64,000 bases of DNA. It comes from a virus. The DNA is taken from positions 1 through 64,000 of IMG/VR virus record IMGVR_UViG_3300035180_000343; one strand, given 5' to 3'. Below, piece after piece: positions 37,342-48,335 of the stretch (positions are counted from its first letter, which is position 1; each line of letters begins with the position of its first letter). The notes below the pieces were generated by a model. It was given only the letters and a program-made list of their open reading frames with translations, did not search any database and was not told where the DNA came from. Both the position numbers and the translations under genes were made by a program.

Positions 37342-39255
37342 ATGAGTAGCCTGATCCTTCCTCGTAGTTGGACTAGCCAGCCACAGACACCGACCCAACT
37401 TGATCCAAAATGGGTTGCACTCGGTGCAAAAGTCTATGTTTCGCCAAATTTTATTGCGCGAAAATCAGGACAAATAGCCGTACCAGTTATTGCATCGCCT
37501 GCAACTACAGCAATTGGCGCAGATGGTAGATGTTTTGACTTTACGGCTGCAAATGCAAAAGTACAACTTAGTTCGTCTGATATACCTTCAAATCCTGAGT
37601 ATTCAATAGTAGCTTCTTTCGTCTGGAAAGCTACCGCAGCCTATGGAAACATTTTTTCTTTGGCTGTGTCAACATTTAATGCCCCTTACTATATTTGGAC
37701 GATAGGCCGAGATGGCAACAGTGGATTCCGCATTGCTTATAGTGATGGCACGACCGCGCATGAACTTTTTGGGACAGGTTCGCTGCAATTAACAGCAGGC
37801 AAATCATATACAGTTGTCTTTGTAAATTCTAAAGCAGGGGCATTTTGCTATATCAATGGCGTCAAGTATGGTGCTGGTGTTTATTCTGCTCCAGGAAGCA
37901 CAACAAGCATTCCAACACTTGGTGTTCTATCCACCAGTTCTGGATATGATTATGATGGATTAGTTTATTCTGGGATTATATTCGATGCTCCTTTATCTAA
38001 TTCTAATGCTAGTAGATTATCGTTAAATCCACATCAAATACTCAATTCGATGCCTCGCCGGTTGTGGGTAGTTGGGGCGGTCGATGGTAATATATCGCTA
38101 GCACTTACAGGTCAATCACTCACTAATAATCTTGGCAATCTATCTGCTTTTGTTGCATCTTCTGTGACTGGAAATGTGACAACACTACAACAAGGATCGG
38201 TAACAGCCAATATAAGCACCACAATAACAGGACAGCAGGTTTCGACAGCACAGGGTTTCATATCTCCTGATGTGCAACCTGCAATAACAGGACAGCAGGT
38301 TTCGACAGCACAGGGTTTAATATCGCCTGACGTAAGCACCACAATAACTGGACAATCGGTATCTTTAGGGCAAGGTTCTACAACTGCATCAATCAGCCTT
38401 GCGCTTACAGGGCAGCAGGTTTCGATAGGACAAGGATCGGTAACAAACGCTGCTAGTAGTGACGTTACAAAAGCTCTATCTGGGCAAAGTTTATATGTGT
38501 CTCAAGGCCCATTAACTACATCAATCAGCCTTGCGCTTACAGGACAGCAGGTTTCGACAGCACAGGGTTTAATATCTCCTGATGTGCAACCTGCAATAAC
38601 AGGACAGCAGGTTTCGACAGCACAGGGTTTCATATCTCCTGATGTGCGATCTATAATAACAGGACAGCAGGTTTCAATAGGGAAAGGTTCTATAACGGCA
38701 TCAGCTAGTTTTGCTCTTACAGGGCAGCAGGTTTCGATAGGACAAGGATCGGTAACAAACGCTGCTAGTAGTGACGTTACAAAAGCTCTATCTGGGCAAA
38801 GTTTATATGTGTCTCAAGGCCCATTAACCGCATCAGTTGGTCTTACACTTAATGGTCAAAGCATTATTTTAAGCGGTGGATCGATATCTCCAATTATTAA
38901 CTCCGCACTTGTGGGGCAACAATCATCTGTTCAACAGGGAAGCACATCTGTAAGCGTTTCTTCTGGATTACTTGGGAATGCTGTTGTTGTATCCAATGGA
39001 ACGGTTGTTCAAGCGGGTTCTGACATTATAAAGGCGCTCACTGGCCAACAGTTAATGCTAACTTTGGCTAACCTGTTCGAGTACAAAACAAGCACCGATC
39101 TGTTATCGAATGTTTCCGCAATCGCAGCCTACGTTCAAGACACGCCAATCGCAGCCTACGTTCAAGACACGCCAATCGTAGCCTACGTTCAAGACATGCC
39201 AATCGTAGCCTACGTTCAAGACACGCCAATTATTGCTATTTCACAAGGTATTTGA
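37342..39255 (+). CDS. LamG/ConA-like domain protein with ALTGQ repeat stalk
   Basis: LamG-like N-terminus (SIVASF..YTVVFV..CYINGV), ~19-aa xLTGQxVSxxQG repeats, and 4x IAAYVQDTP. Confidence 0.7.
   Translation: MSSLILPRSWTSQPQTPTQLDPKWVALGAKVYVSPNFIARKSGQIAVPVIASPATTAIGADGRCFDFTAANAKVQLSSSDIPSNPEYSIVASFVWKATAAYGNIFSLAVSTFNAPYYIWTIGRDGNSGFRIAYSDGTTAHELFGTGSLQLTAGKSYTVVFVNSKAGAFCYINGVKYGAGVYSAPGSTTSIPTLGVLSTSSGYDYDGLVYSGIIFDAPLSNSNASRLSLNPHQILNSMPRRLWVVGAVDGNISLALTGQSLTNNLGNLSAFVASSVTGNVTTLQQGSVTANISTTITGQQVSTAQGFISPDVQPAITGQQVSTAQGLISPDVSTTITGQSVSLGQGSTTASISLALTGQQVSIGQGSVTNAASSDVTKALSGQSLYVSQGPLTTSISLALTGQQVSTAQGLISPDVQPAITGQQVSTAQGFISPDVRSIITGQQVSIGKGSITASASFALTGQQVSIGQGSVTNAASSDVTKALSGQSLYVSQGPLTASVGLTLNGQSIILSGGSISPIINSALVGQQSSVQQGSTSVSVSSGLLGNAVVVSNGTVVQAGSDIIKALTGQQLMLTLANLFEYKTSTDLLSNVSAIAAYVQDTPIAAYVQDTPIVAYVQDMPIVAYVQDTPIIAISQGI
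39121..39228 (+). repeat. 27-bp tandem repeat x4 (IAAYVQDTP)
   Basis: Read directly. Confidence 0.95.
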
Positions 39256-39266
39256 TAGGAGCCATC

Positions 39267-39593
39267 ATGGCAATTATAAGACGCAGACGCGGCAATACAC
39301 ACAAGGATTTGCTGACAATCATCAGTTCATCTACGAATTTGCCAATTGACATCACGGGGTGTAGTTTTGTTATGAACATCACCACCGATAAGGCGCCCGA
39401 CTCACTCGGCACCAATTTATTATATTCGCTGACAGGTACAATTGTCGCGCCCGCCACAAACGGCCAAGTCACATTCACGCCAACGTTGGCTCAGGCAACA
39501 CAAGCTGACGGTACCTACTACTACGAAGTAATTATGACGGATACTCAAGGACTGACTGAAACCGTGGCGATGGACAAGTATATCTACTATTGA
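39267..39593 (+). CDS. BppU-like adaptor domain protein
   Basis: RRRGNT..PIDITG..GQVTFTPT..GTYYYEV. GGAG RBS. Confidence 0.65.
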   Translation: MAIIRRRRGNTHKDLLTIISSSTNLPIDITGCSFVMNITTDKAPDSLGTNLLYSLTGTIVAPATNGQVTFTPTLAQATQADGTYYYEVIMTDTQGLTETVAMDKYIYY

Positions 39594-39638
39594 CGGTGAG
39601 AGGATAAATATAATAACAGTAAAAGGGAAAAGATAAAG

Positions 39639-40166
39639 ATGCCATTCGCTTCATTAAATCTTGACGAAACATTTAAAATACAGTTTGATGTCGAAGTGTT
39701 CGGAACGACACTTAGGCCTGCCACTGTTAGATTTGTGTTCGACTCTCCAATTGGAATCTTTATTCTTGGAACTCCTGGAGATGGGACACAAGTTGACTTC
39801 GAAATTCCAAAACTCAATGGGATTCTTCTTCCAGGAGTTTATGATTGTCATATTGAAGCATTCGTTGAAGACAAGGTGTTTGTTCCATTCAGAGATACAA
39901 TCGAAATGTTGGCTCCAGTGCCACTAAGACCATACGAAGCCGAATCGATCGAGGAAAATATTCAAGTGTCTGTTAAAGTAAAGACACCCCAAGAGATCGA
40001 ACCAAAATCACAATTTGAAGTTGAAGAAGCTGACGGAGTAAAATATTTGAAGAACTCGGATGGACTTTATGCTGGTCTACTTCTAGAATCTGGAGAACTT
40101 CTTGTTGAAACTCCAAGTGTGAATAAAAAAGAAGTTATTAAAGAAATTATGCGAGGTGGTAAGTAA
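39639..40166 (+). CDS. Hypothetical protein upstream of gp13
   Basis: Late promoter GATAAATA at 39603-39610, coupled to gp13. Confidence 0.65.
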   Translation: MPFASLNLDETFKIQFDVEVFGTTLRPATVRFVFDSPIGIFILGTPGDGTQVDFEIPKLNGILLPGVYDCHIEAFVEDKVFVPFRDTIEMLAPVPLRPYEAESIEENIQVSVKVKTPQEIEPKSQFEVEEADGVKYLKNSDGLYAGLLLESGELLVETPSVNKKEVIKEIMRGGK

Positions 40167-40906
40167 TGGCTACTATTATATCAAGATCACAATTAAGAGA
40201 TTATGCTCTTCGCAAACTTGGAAGTCCAGTTGTTCGAATCAATGTTGCCCCAGAACAGTTAGAAGATTGTTTAGACGACGCAATTTTGAAATTCCAAACA
40301 GAGCACATGGATGGCTCTGAAGTCGTATATCTTCCAATTACTATCACTGCTCAAAATTTGATTGATCAATTTTTTGATGTTGACCCAGACATTCTTTCAA
40401 TAACACAGTTGATTCATATTAGCGATCTTGGAATGAATTTATTTTCGGATTCATTCCAATATATCCAGAGTTTTTATCCATTTGCGTTATCTGGTCAAGG
40501 ACTTCTCACATTTGACATGGCATTACAATATAGAAATGTCATCAAGAAAACATTGCTTGGAACTGGGTTACGGTTAAGACATCAATATCATGGAAGAAGA
40601 CTTTTCGTTGATGTTGATTGGACAACGTTTAAAGAGGGTCAGATTATCGTTGTTGAAGCATTTCGTAAAGTTGACCCAGAAGTCGACAATTCAATGTACA
40701 ACGATCCATGGTTGAGACGCTTTGTCGTTGAAACAATAAGACTTCAATGGGGACAAAATATGTCCAAATACGGTTCGGTTCAGATCATGGGTGGAGTGTC
40801 TGTCGATGGAGCCGCAATGGTCCAGCTTGCAAAAGACAACATTGATGAATTGATGGATGAGCTCGAAACCAAATGGACAATGCCCACAGATTTTTTCACT
40901 GGTTGA
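40166..40906 (+). CDS. gp13: Neck protein
   Basis: LRKLGSPVVRINV..EQLED and QWGQNMSKY...GGV motifs. Confidence 0.95.
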   Translation: MATIISRSQLRDYALRKLGSPVVRINVAPEQLEDCLDDAILKFQTEHMDGSEVVYLPITITAQNLIDQFFDVDPDILSITQLIHISDLGMNLFSDSFQYIQSFYPFALSGQGLLTFDMALQYRNVIKKTLLGTGLRLRHQYHGRRLFVDVDWTTFKEGQIIVVEAFRKVDPEVDNSMYNDPWLRRFVVETIRLQWGQNMSKYGSVQIMGGVSVDGAAMVQLAKDNIDELMDELETKWTMPTDFFTG

Positions 40907-40911
40907 ATTAA

Positions 40912-41574
40912 ATGGCACTTAATCCGTACTTTTCATGGACAAACGAAGCATCCGAACAGAATCTCTATCATGATTTAGCTGAAGAATTCACACAGATGTT
41001 CGGAATCGAAATAATCTATCTCAAGGTTGAAAATCTTGAGGGAGCAAACTACGATCAACTGTTTGGTGAGAATAGACAGCCACTTGTTAAGGCTGGCGTA
41101 CCGTTTGAAGTCTATCCCGCCGACATTGAGAATGTTGAACTTGGAGACGACATGTTTACCAAGTTCGGGCTTCAAGTGGACGACACGATTCACCTTTATT
41201 TTCCATATAAGAGATTTCAAAGTGTATTTAACGAGTTAAGACCAAGAGAAGGTGATTTAATCTTCGTTCAGAAATATGACGACCTGGGAGCAACTGATAT
41301 GTTCAGAATATCCTATGTTCAAAAAGATATCATATTTTATCAATTGGGAAATAACTATTTCTTTGATGTAAAAGCAGTTCGACATTCCTTCTCACACGAA
41401 GTTTATGAAGATGACACATTGAATCCACATGGAGATCTTGCAATAAACGTTGATCAACAGAAAGAACCCGAAAATCAAATTGTTAATGATACAAATACAG
41501 ACAATGCAACAATTGATTCTATTAAGAATTCAATTCTGAACTTCGACGAACATAACCCATTTGGTGATTCCTAA
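40912..41574 (+). CDS. gp14: Neck protein
   Basis: MALNPYF, EQNL, KFGLQ.DD, PREGDLI and NPFG motifs. Confidence 0.93.
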   Translation: MALNPYFSWTNEASEQNLYHDLAEEFTQMFGIEIIYLKVENLEGANYDQLFGENRQPLVKAGVPFEVYPADIENVELGDDMFTKFGLQVDDTIHLYFPYKRFQSVFNELRPREGDLIFVQKYDDLGATDMFRISYVQKDIIFYQLGNNYFFDVKAVRHSFSHEVYEDDTLNPHGDLAINVDQQKEPENQIVNDTNTDNATIDSIKNSILNFDEHNPFGDS

Positions 41575-42332
41575 TGATTGGAAATTCTCCTTATTATCAT
41601 GAACATATAAAACGATATGTATCGGCATTTGGATCGTTGTTCAATGACATGTCAATCGAAAGAAGGAATTCTTCTGGGGTATTATTAAAGACGATAAAGG
41701 TTCCATTGTCTTATTCAACAAAGGATAAGATAATTCAACGTTTCAAACAAAACATAGATTTGAACAATACGTTCAGAACAACATTGCCAAGAATGGCGTT
41801 CGTTATGACTAGCTTGTCATATGACGGAACAAGGAAACAGAATTCTTTAAATACTACCAAAATTGACTCGACTGGGTTAGTGTCTAATATGATGTATTCG
41901 CCTGCACCATATAATCTTGATTTCGAGCTAAATATTTGGACAAGTCATTTTGAAGATTCTCTCCAGATTGTCGAACAGATTTTGCCATTCTTTCAACCTG
42001 AATATACAATTGCAATAGATGAAATTCCATCTCTTGGGATTGTTAGAGATATTCCAATTGTATTGAATGATGTTTCTTATTCAGACGACGCAGAAGGTAA
42101 TTTCGAAGATGTGCGAACAATTGAATGGAACTTAACATTTACTCTCAAAGGATATATGTTCGGGCCAATTAAAACATCGAAAATTATTAAACAAACCGAC
42201 ACTGATATATTTACGGTTGATTTTAATAGTTCTGGAGAGGATTATCGGTCAACTGTTTCGCCATTGGGTGCAATGGAAACTGATCCACATACGATTGTCG
42301 ACACACAAATATCTATACCGCCAGAAGTATAA
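41574..42332 (+). CDS. gp15: Tail sheath stabiliser / terminator
   Basis: FGSLFND, TLPRM, QIVEQILPFFQP and FTLKGYMFGP motifs. Confidence 0.95.
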   Translation: MIGNSPYYHEHIKRYVSAFGSLFNDMSIERRNSSGVLLKTIKVPLSYSTKDKIIQRFKQNIDLNNTFRTTLPRMAFVMTSLSYDGTRKQNSLNTTKIDSTGLVSNMMYSPAPYNLDFELNIWTSHFEDSLQIVEQILPFFQPEYTIAIDEIPSLGIVRDIPIVLNDVSYSDDAEGNFEDVRTIEWNLTFTLKGYMFGPIKTSKIIKQTDTDIFTVDFNSSGEDYRSTVSPLGAMETDPHTIVDTQISIPPEV

Positions 42333-42357
42333 ATAAGCTAAAAATTGGGATTAAATC

Positions 42358-43647
42358 ATGAGCGCAATTATTACCAAGGAAATGTCTTTTTTCGGTGCTT
42401 CACAATTTATTGAAGCGTTCGGAGAAGGTCAGGATAACGTATACTTAGCAATTGGGAAACAGACACCATGGAATTCTGAGATTGCTCCAGATATTCCAAT
42501 TGATAATGTTTCTTCTTATTATAACGATTATAGAGATATTATTGCGGCTAAGAAGATTACGCCACAAGACGTGTCGTTTGTCATTCCAAGAGTTGAATGG
42601 ACATCTGGAACTGTTTATTCGATGTATGACGATACCGATAATGCAATATATGTCAAAGAGTTCTATGTCAGGACTCCAGACAACAGAGTTTGGAAATGTA
42701 TTTCGAATAATAATAATGCTGTGTCTGTTTCTCAGCCGACACTTCCAATTATCTCCAATGTAACCGATGTCGTTCAAACTGCGGATGGATATTTGTGGAA
42801 GTATATGTTTTCCATTAGCAATGCTCAATTCTTAACTAACAATTGGATTCCAGTTAGCACTCTATTGGCCGATGACGGGTCACACCAATGGACAATTCAA
42901 CAATCGGCAATTGACGGCGCGATTCACGTTATTAAAGTCATAAATCAAGGCTCCGGATATATCGGAACCCCAACTGTTCAGATTGTTGGAGATGGTATCG
43001 GGGCTACAGCAACTGCTAATGTAGTTGGTGGTTTCGTAACATCTATTACAGTGACATCAATTGGGTCGGGATATAATTGGGCAACTGTTACGATTAGTGG
43101 TGGCGGTGGTGTCGGTGCGACTGCTAGAGCAATCATTCCGCCAACTGGCGGCCATGGAAAAGATGCGGTTAAGGAATTGGGCGGTAACCGAGTGATGATC
43201 ATGATGACTCTTAATAATAATGAGTCACAGAAGTTTACGACATCAAACGATTATAGAAAAATTATATTGATTCGAAATCCAATGGCGGTTGGAAACATTC
43301 CTGCATCCGGATCAGTATACGATCTCTCAACTAGATTGACATTCAATTCAACCACTGCTCAATATCAAGTTGACGAAACGATAACAGGACAAACAAGTGG
43401 AGCAACTGCCAGTGTAATTGATTATAATTCGTCCTCAAAAACTGCTAGAATAAATCATGTTTCTGGAACATTTGCAGTCGGAGAAACCGTCGTCGGCGCA
43501 ACATCAACTGCATCTGGAGCAATAAATACGATTACCAATCCAGAATTTAATTTGTTTACTGGTGAAATATTGTTCAGAGACTATCGGTTAGCAATTAACA
43601 GATCTCCAACGCAAAATGAAACCATCGGTCTTGTTGTCGACTTCTAA
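42358..43647 (+). CDS. gp8: Baseplate wedge subunit
   Basis: YLAIGK..PW, RVEWTSGTVY, WKCISN, DGYLWKYM and GHGKDAVKELG. Late promoter at 42328-42335. Confidence 0.9.
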   Translation: MSAIITKEMSFFGASQFIEAFGEGQDNVYLAIGKQTPWNSEIAPDIPIDNVSSYYNDYRDIIAAKKITPQDVSFVIPRVEWTSGTVYSMYDDTDNAIYVKEFYVRTPDNRVWKCISNNNNAVSVSQPTLPIISNVTDVVQTADGYLWKYMFSISNAQFLTNNWIPVSTLLADDGSHQWTIQQSAIDGAIHVIKVINQGSGYIGTPTVQIVGDGIGATATANVVGGFVTSITVTSIGSGYNWATVTISGGGGVGATARAIIPPTGGHGKDAVKELGGNRVMIMMTLNNNESQKFTTSNDYRKIILIRNPMAVGNIPASGSVYDLSTRLTFNSTTAQYQVDETITGQTSGATASVIDYNSSSKTARINHVSGTFAVGETVVGATSTASGAINTITNPEFNLFTGEILFRDYRLAINRSPTQNETIGLVVDF

Positions 43648-43657
43648 GGAATCGTAA

Positions 43658-44947
43658 ATGGCAATCACATTAAGAAGAAATAAAGGTTTGCCACTTACCT
43701 TTAGTGAGCTTGACACGAACTTTGACGAATTAAACACAGGCAAGTTAAATAAGGCTGGCGATACAATGACGGGACCATTGGTTCTTTCTGGTGCGCCAAC
43801 TCAAAATTTACATGCGGCAACTAAATTATACGTAGATTCACAGCTTGCATCACCGAGTGGGGCAGTTTTACTTACTGGATCGACGATGTCTGGTCCGTTG
43901 GTTCTTTCCGGCGCACCAACCGTTAATCTTCAAGCTGCAACAAAACTTTATGTCGATAGTGGCATTTCAACTCTAAGTAGCTCTGTTACTACATCCCTTT
44001 CTGGAAAGGTTGATAAATCTGGATCAACGATGACTGGTGCGTTGGGCCTTATAGCTGGTTCCAATTCTTCACCATCATTATTTTTTACTGGGGATATCCA
44101 GACTGGAATATTTAACGGTTCCGCCGGCGAAGTCAGTTTAGTATCTGCTGGAACAAAATCTGCCGCCGCAAATAACGGCGTGTTCGGAATCTTTCAACAT
44201 AACACCACATATTCATCAAATTTAAATATTGGAGCATCGAGAACTGTTGCTGGTACTTCTTCAATTAATCTTATTGGAGATTTAACCTATACAACATTTG
44301 GGCTTCAATTGCAACGGGCTTCGACGGTCAATGGCAATTCGACTATTACACATAGGGGGACGGGTGAACTTTCTTTAAATGTTCAAGACGCCGGATCGTT
44401 GAAGTTCTATATTGGTAGCACTTCTTTTGTAAATATCGGACCCGACGGCACAGTAACTTCCGATAACCTTACTGTCAGACCGAACGCAACGGTTTCGACT
44501 CAAGGTGGGGCGCTATTATTGGCTGGAACTGTTGCTAGAACTGGTTTTTATTTAGATGAAAACAACGATGTCTTTCGAGTTCGAAACGATGGAATTGTTT
44601 ATTTTTCTGTAGACAAGAGTGGCAATATTACTGGGAAGAACGGTTTAATAATTAAACCGTTCTCTGCTTGGACTATTATAACAGGAAACACCATAGCAAC
44701 AGATGGCGGAAGATATTTAGCAAATACAACTTCTGCTGCATTTACTTTAACGCTCCCCGCTTCTCCAACAGTTGGAATGGCAATTAAAGTTAATGACTAT
44801 GCTGGAACATTTGCTTCAAAAAATTTAACAATTGCAAGAAATGGTTCAAATATTATGGGTCTAGCTCAGGATATGACACTGAGCACAAACAATTTCTCGA
44901 GAGAATTCACTTATGTCGATTCTACTCGCGGTTGGCAACTCATTTAA
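43658..44947 (+). CDS. Tail fibre / fibre-base protein with a C-terminal TLP adaptor domain
   Basis: GDTMTGPL..AATKLYVD repeats and FTLTLPASP..W. Confidence 0.75.
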   Translation: MAITLRRNKGLPLTFSELDTNFDELNTGKLNKAGDTMTGPLVLSGAPTQNLHAATKLYVDSQLASPSGAVLLTGSTMSGPLVLSGAPTVNLQAATKLYVDSGISTLSSSVTTSLSGKVDKSGSTMTGALGLIAGSNSSPSLFFTGDIQTGIFNGSAGEVSLVSAGTKSAAANNGVFGIFQHNTTYSSNLNIGASRTVAGTSSINLIGDLTYTTFGLQLQRASTVNGNSTITHRGTGELSLNVQDAGSLKFYIGSTSFVNIGPDGTVTSDNLTVRPNATVSTQGGALLLAGTVARTGFYLDENNDVFRVRNDGIVYFSVDKSGNITGKNGLIIKPFSAWTIITGNTIATDGGRYLANTTSAAFTLTLPASPTVGMAIKVNDYAGTFASKNLTIARNGSNIMGLAQDMTLSTNNFSREFTYVDSTRGWQLI

Positions 44948-44986
44948 CATATCAACACCGGAAGATAAGATAGGGTTTCAAGCCAC

Positions 44987-47900
44987 ATGGAAAAGATGAA
45001 CACGGGGATCGCCCCATATTTTGATGATTTCGATAAAACAAAACATTTTCATCGTGTTTTGTTCAAGCCCGAAGTCGCAGTGCAAGCGCGAGAACTGAAC
45101 ACCGCACAATCAATTCAACAAAGCCAAATCAATCAATTTGGTGATCATATCTTCAAGAATGGGTCCGTAGTTCGCCCAGGTGGTACATCATATAAGACAG
45201 TGCCATTTATCCGTGTTCAACAAACATATCTTGGAGTAGCAATTGACCCGACGCAATATCTCGACAATATAATTGTTCAAGATTCGACTGGATTGCGAGC
45301 ACGAGTCAACTTTATTGTGACCGACACAACCGAATATAGGTTTTATTTAAATTATCTTAATTCTGGATCACTTGGTACGACGAGAGAGTTCAATAATACC
45401 GAAGCATTTCATGTCGAGGCCGCTCCGGGGATCCAAGTTGTCTATGGTCAACCGAATGCAACAAACCATACTGGTATTGGCCAACTTGCGTCCATTGCAG
45501 ATGGAACATATTATGTTAATGGGTTCTTCGTTGGTGTTGACGCACAGACGGTTGAGATGGGAACAGATGCATCGACGTTAAGTGTTACGGTTGGATTAGA
45601 AGTAATCGAAGAAATCGTAACTCATATGGATGATGAATCTTTATATGACAATGCAATGGGATCTCCTAACGAAAATGCACCTGGAGCCGATCGTCTAAAG
45701 ATTTCTCTCCTGTTCAAATCATATGACTTGACAACAGATCTGACTGGAAAAATATTCATCGAACTTCTTAGATTTGAAAATGGAATTCTTAAAATTCATA
45801 AAATCAATTCTGAATATTCCGATCTTGAAAGAACATTAGCACGTCGTACATATGATGAATCTGGCGATTATTCAGTTGCTCCATATCAAATTGTTGCGTT
45901 AAACCATCAAAAACTTTCCCAAGGAGATTCGCAGGGGTTCGTTATCAATGGCAATCCAGATTGGTTTGCATTATCCATTGGCCCTGGTAAATCATATGTT
46001 CGCGGTTACGAAATTGAAACTATATCAAACGAATATGTCACGGGCGTTAGAGCACGTGGACCCGATCACATTATCCAAACAGATGACAAATCTTTAGTTG
46101 CATATAGTGGTCAGTATATTTGGGTTGCTGGGTTTATTTCTGGACTAACCGCTGGGATTCCAGCAACCACGAATTTCTCAATTAGTTTGTTTTCAGACAC
46201 TGCATTTACAACTCAGATCGGCACTGCAACTGTTCGTGGAGTTCAACTGGATCAAGACTTATTTGGTCAACCTGGAACTCCAAATATAAACGCATATCGG
46301 TTCTATATTCACACGTTGTCGATGAATCCTGGACATCAATTATCTGAATCTGCTGTATGGAAAAATTCTGCGTCAAATCATGGAGTTGTTCTCCATGCCG
46401 TTTCCCTTATAAATGTTACCACGCCGTTTATAACTGGTGATATAATTACAGAATCACAAACACTCAGAACTGCGACAATTTATCGTTGGATTCCAGAATT
46501 AGCAACTGCCCTTGTTTATCGACATAATCCAGCAAACCAGATTCCCAGACAAGGAAAGTTGATCTCGTCTGGAACTAAGACTGCGACTATCCAAAGTGTA
46601 ATTTCTAACAATATAACAGGAGATGTATTAAATATTCCAACATTGTTTACACTGCCGAACCAGTATATTAAGAGTATAAGAAACGCATCGAATGAATCAG
46701 AAGTAAGTTTTTATTATCTGAAACCAGTTCAGGTTATTGCAGATTCAAACGGAGTATTTACATCTGGAACAGTGACTGCTACAAACGAAAGTCTCGAAAC
46801 CAATCTTTCGGAATATGTTGGCGTAGTTCAATCTGGAACATCTGCCGGATTCATGTCAATGCTTCCAACTCAAATGGCTATCAGTTCTGATCAAAAGAGT
46901 TTTATTTGGTCACCAGTTGGGCTAACGGCATCGAATTTTGCTGGTGTTACTGCAACATTTTTAGTTCCAATTTATAAGACTAATGTGGTTGAAAAAACAA
47001 AAACAAAAACAACAATTACGAATGAGCCAGTTAGCATTGCGTCGATTGCAACTTCATACGTAAATCTAACGAAAGCAGACGTAATTCGAATCGTTTCTAT
47101 CACCGATCCTGGAAATTCCAATAGAGACATCACATCCGATTTCTTGTTTGATAACGGACAACGTGATTATGTTTATAAATTGGGATCTATTATGCTAAAA
47201 CCCGGTGCAAATATGCCGCGTGGATCGGACGGAGTTAACAGTGTTATCAGTGTTACATATGAATATTTTAGTCATTCCTCAGGTGATTATATAAGCGTAA
47301 ACAGTTATCCAGTATTCGAAGAGATTCCTCAGTTTGTATCGAAAATTAGTGGAAATACATATAATCTTCGTGATTGTCTCGACTTTAGGCCAATCGAGAA
47401 TGGTTCGTCATCTAGTTTTCTTTTGAATCAATCTAGAGTTAGTTTCAGTTATCAATACTATACGCACAGAATCGACAAGTTAATTTTAATGAGTGACGGA
47501 ACATTCAGACTTCTCAAAGGAATTCCTGGGTCGGCTACTGCACCGCAAGCTCTCGACTCGTCAATGCCAGTTGCGGATATAACAGTTCTTCCATATACAT
47601 ATACGAACAAAGACATCTTGATAAAGATGTATGATAATCGTCGATATACCATGCGAGACATTGGAAAACTTGATGCTAGAATTACCAATGTTGAGAACTA
47701 TACTACAATGTCTCTTTTGGAGATGGATACAAAAAATCTAAAAATCACAGATGCAGAAACTGGGTTAGACCGATTTAAATCTGGATTCTTTGTTGATTCG
47801 TTTGACTCATATGAAAGTGGCAATCAAGGAAACCCAGAGTTCAAATGCACCGTATATTACAAAATGAAATCGGTTTATCCACAAGAAATCAGAGAGAATA

Positions 47901-48166
47901 TTCCACTTCTATTCAATGAGCTTGATAGTGATGATGTTGCGAAGGTGGGCAATAAAATCATGCTTCCATATACAGAAGTGACAAAGATTACACAACCTTA
48001 CGCAACACATACTATTAACCTTCAACCATATGATAGTTATTTCTGGGAAGGGAAGATCCAACTTTTCCCATCGAAAGATGTATGGAACGAAACTGCCTTT
48101 GCACCAGATAAATCGGGGAGCTTTTCTGAAGTAGACTTGCAAGAGGACGTCACCTCTGTTTTTTGA
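44987..48166 (+). CDS. Large virion structural protein (VrlC/DUF4815-like), N-terminal part
   Basis: APYFDDFD, QARELN..Q, LARRTYDESGDY and DRFKSGFFVDSF motifs. Confidence 0.8.
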   Translation: MEKMNTGIAPYFDDFDKTKHFHRVLFKPEVAVQARELNTAQSIQQSQINQFGDHIFKNGSVVRPGGTSYKTVPFIRVQQTYLGVAIDPTQYLDNIIVQDSTGLRARVNFIVTDTTEYRFYLNYLNSGSLGTTREFNNTEAFHVEAAPGIQVVYGQPNATNHTGIGQLASIADGTYYVNGFFVGVDAQTVEMGTDASTLSVTVGLEVIEEIVTHMDDESLYDNAMGSPNENAPGADRLKISLLFKSYDLTTDLTGKIFIELLRFENGILKIHKINSEYSDLERTLARRTYDESGDYSVAPYQIVALNHQKLSQGDSQGFVINGNPDWFALSIGPGKSYVRGYEIETISNEYVTGVRARGPDHIIQTDDKSLVAYSGQYIWVAGFISGLTAGIPATTNFSISLFSDTAFTTQIGTATVRGVQLDQDLFGQPGTPNINAYRFYIHTLSMNPGHQLSESAVWKNSASNHGVVLHAVSLINVTTPFITGDIITESQTLRTATIYRWIPELATALVYRHNPANQIPRQGKLISSGTKTATIQSVISNNITGDVLNIPTLFTLPNQYIKSIRNASNESEVSFYYLKPVQVIADSNGVFTSGTVTATNESLETNLSEYVGVVQSGTSAGFMSMLPTQMAISSDQKSFIWSPVGLTASNFAGVTATFLVPIYKTNVVEKTKTKTTITNEPVSIASIATSYVNLTKADVIRIVSITDPGNSNRDITSDFLFDNGQRDYVYKLGSIMLKPGANMPRGSDGVNSVISVTYEYFSHSSGDYISVNSYPVFEEIPQFVSKISGNTYNLRDCLDFRPIENGSSSSFLLNQSRVSFSYQYYTHRIDKLILMSDGTFRLLKGIPGSATAPQALDSSMPVADITVLPYTYTNKDILIKMYDNRRYTMRDIGKLDARITNVENYTTMSLLEMDTKNLKITDAETGLDRFKSGFFVDSFDSYESGNQGNPEFKCTVYYKMKSVYPQEIRENIPLLFNELDSDDVAKVGNKIMLPYTEVTKITQPYATHTINLQPYDSYFWEGKIQLFPSKDVWNETAFAPDKSGSFSEVDLQEDVTSVF

Positions 48167-48335
48167 CTATTAACATCCACCGATATAGCAAGCTCCAGCA
48201 GTGTCGCCGTCTTAAGCAATTAACACGACTACTCCAGCATTGTGTTCAACTACATAATTTGGTGGCGAATAGGATTTTGTTACTGATCCTAAACTATCCA
48301 TAATAAATACTTCAAATACAACGGATAATATAACA

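Noticed and set aside
48164-48335. Stop-codon reassignment or group I intron
   Set aside because: TAA, TAG and TGA all terminate conserved genes (e.g. gp20 and gp21 TAG, gp2 TGA), the halves are out of frame, and no intron core is recognisable in 169 bp.
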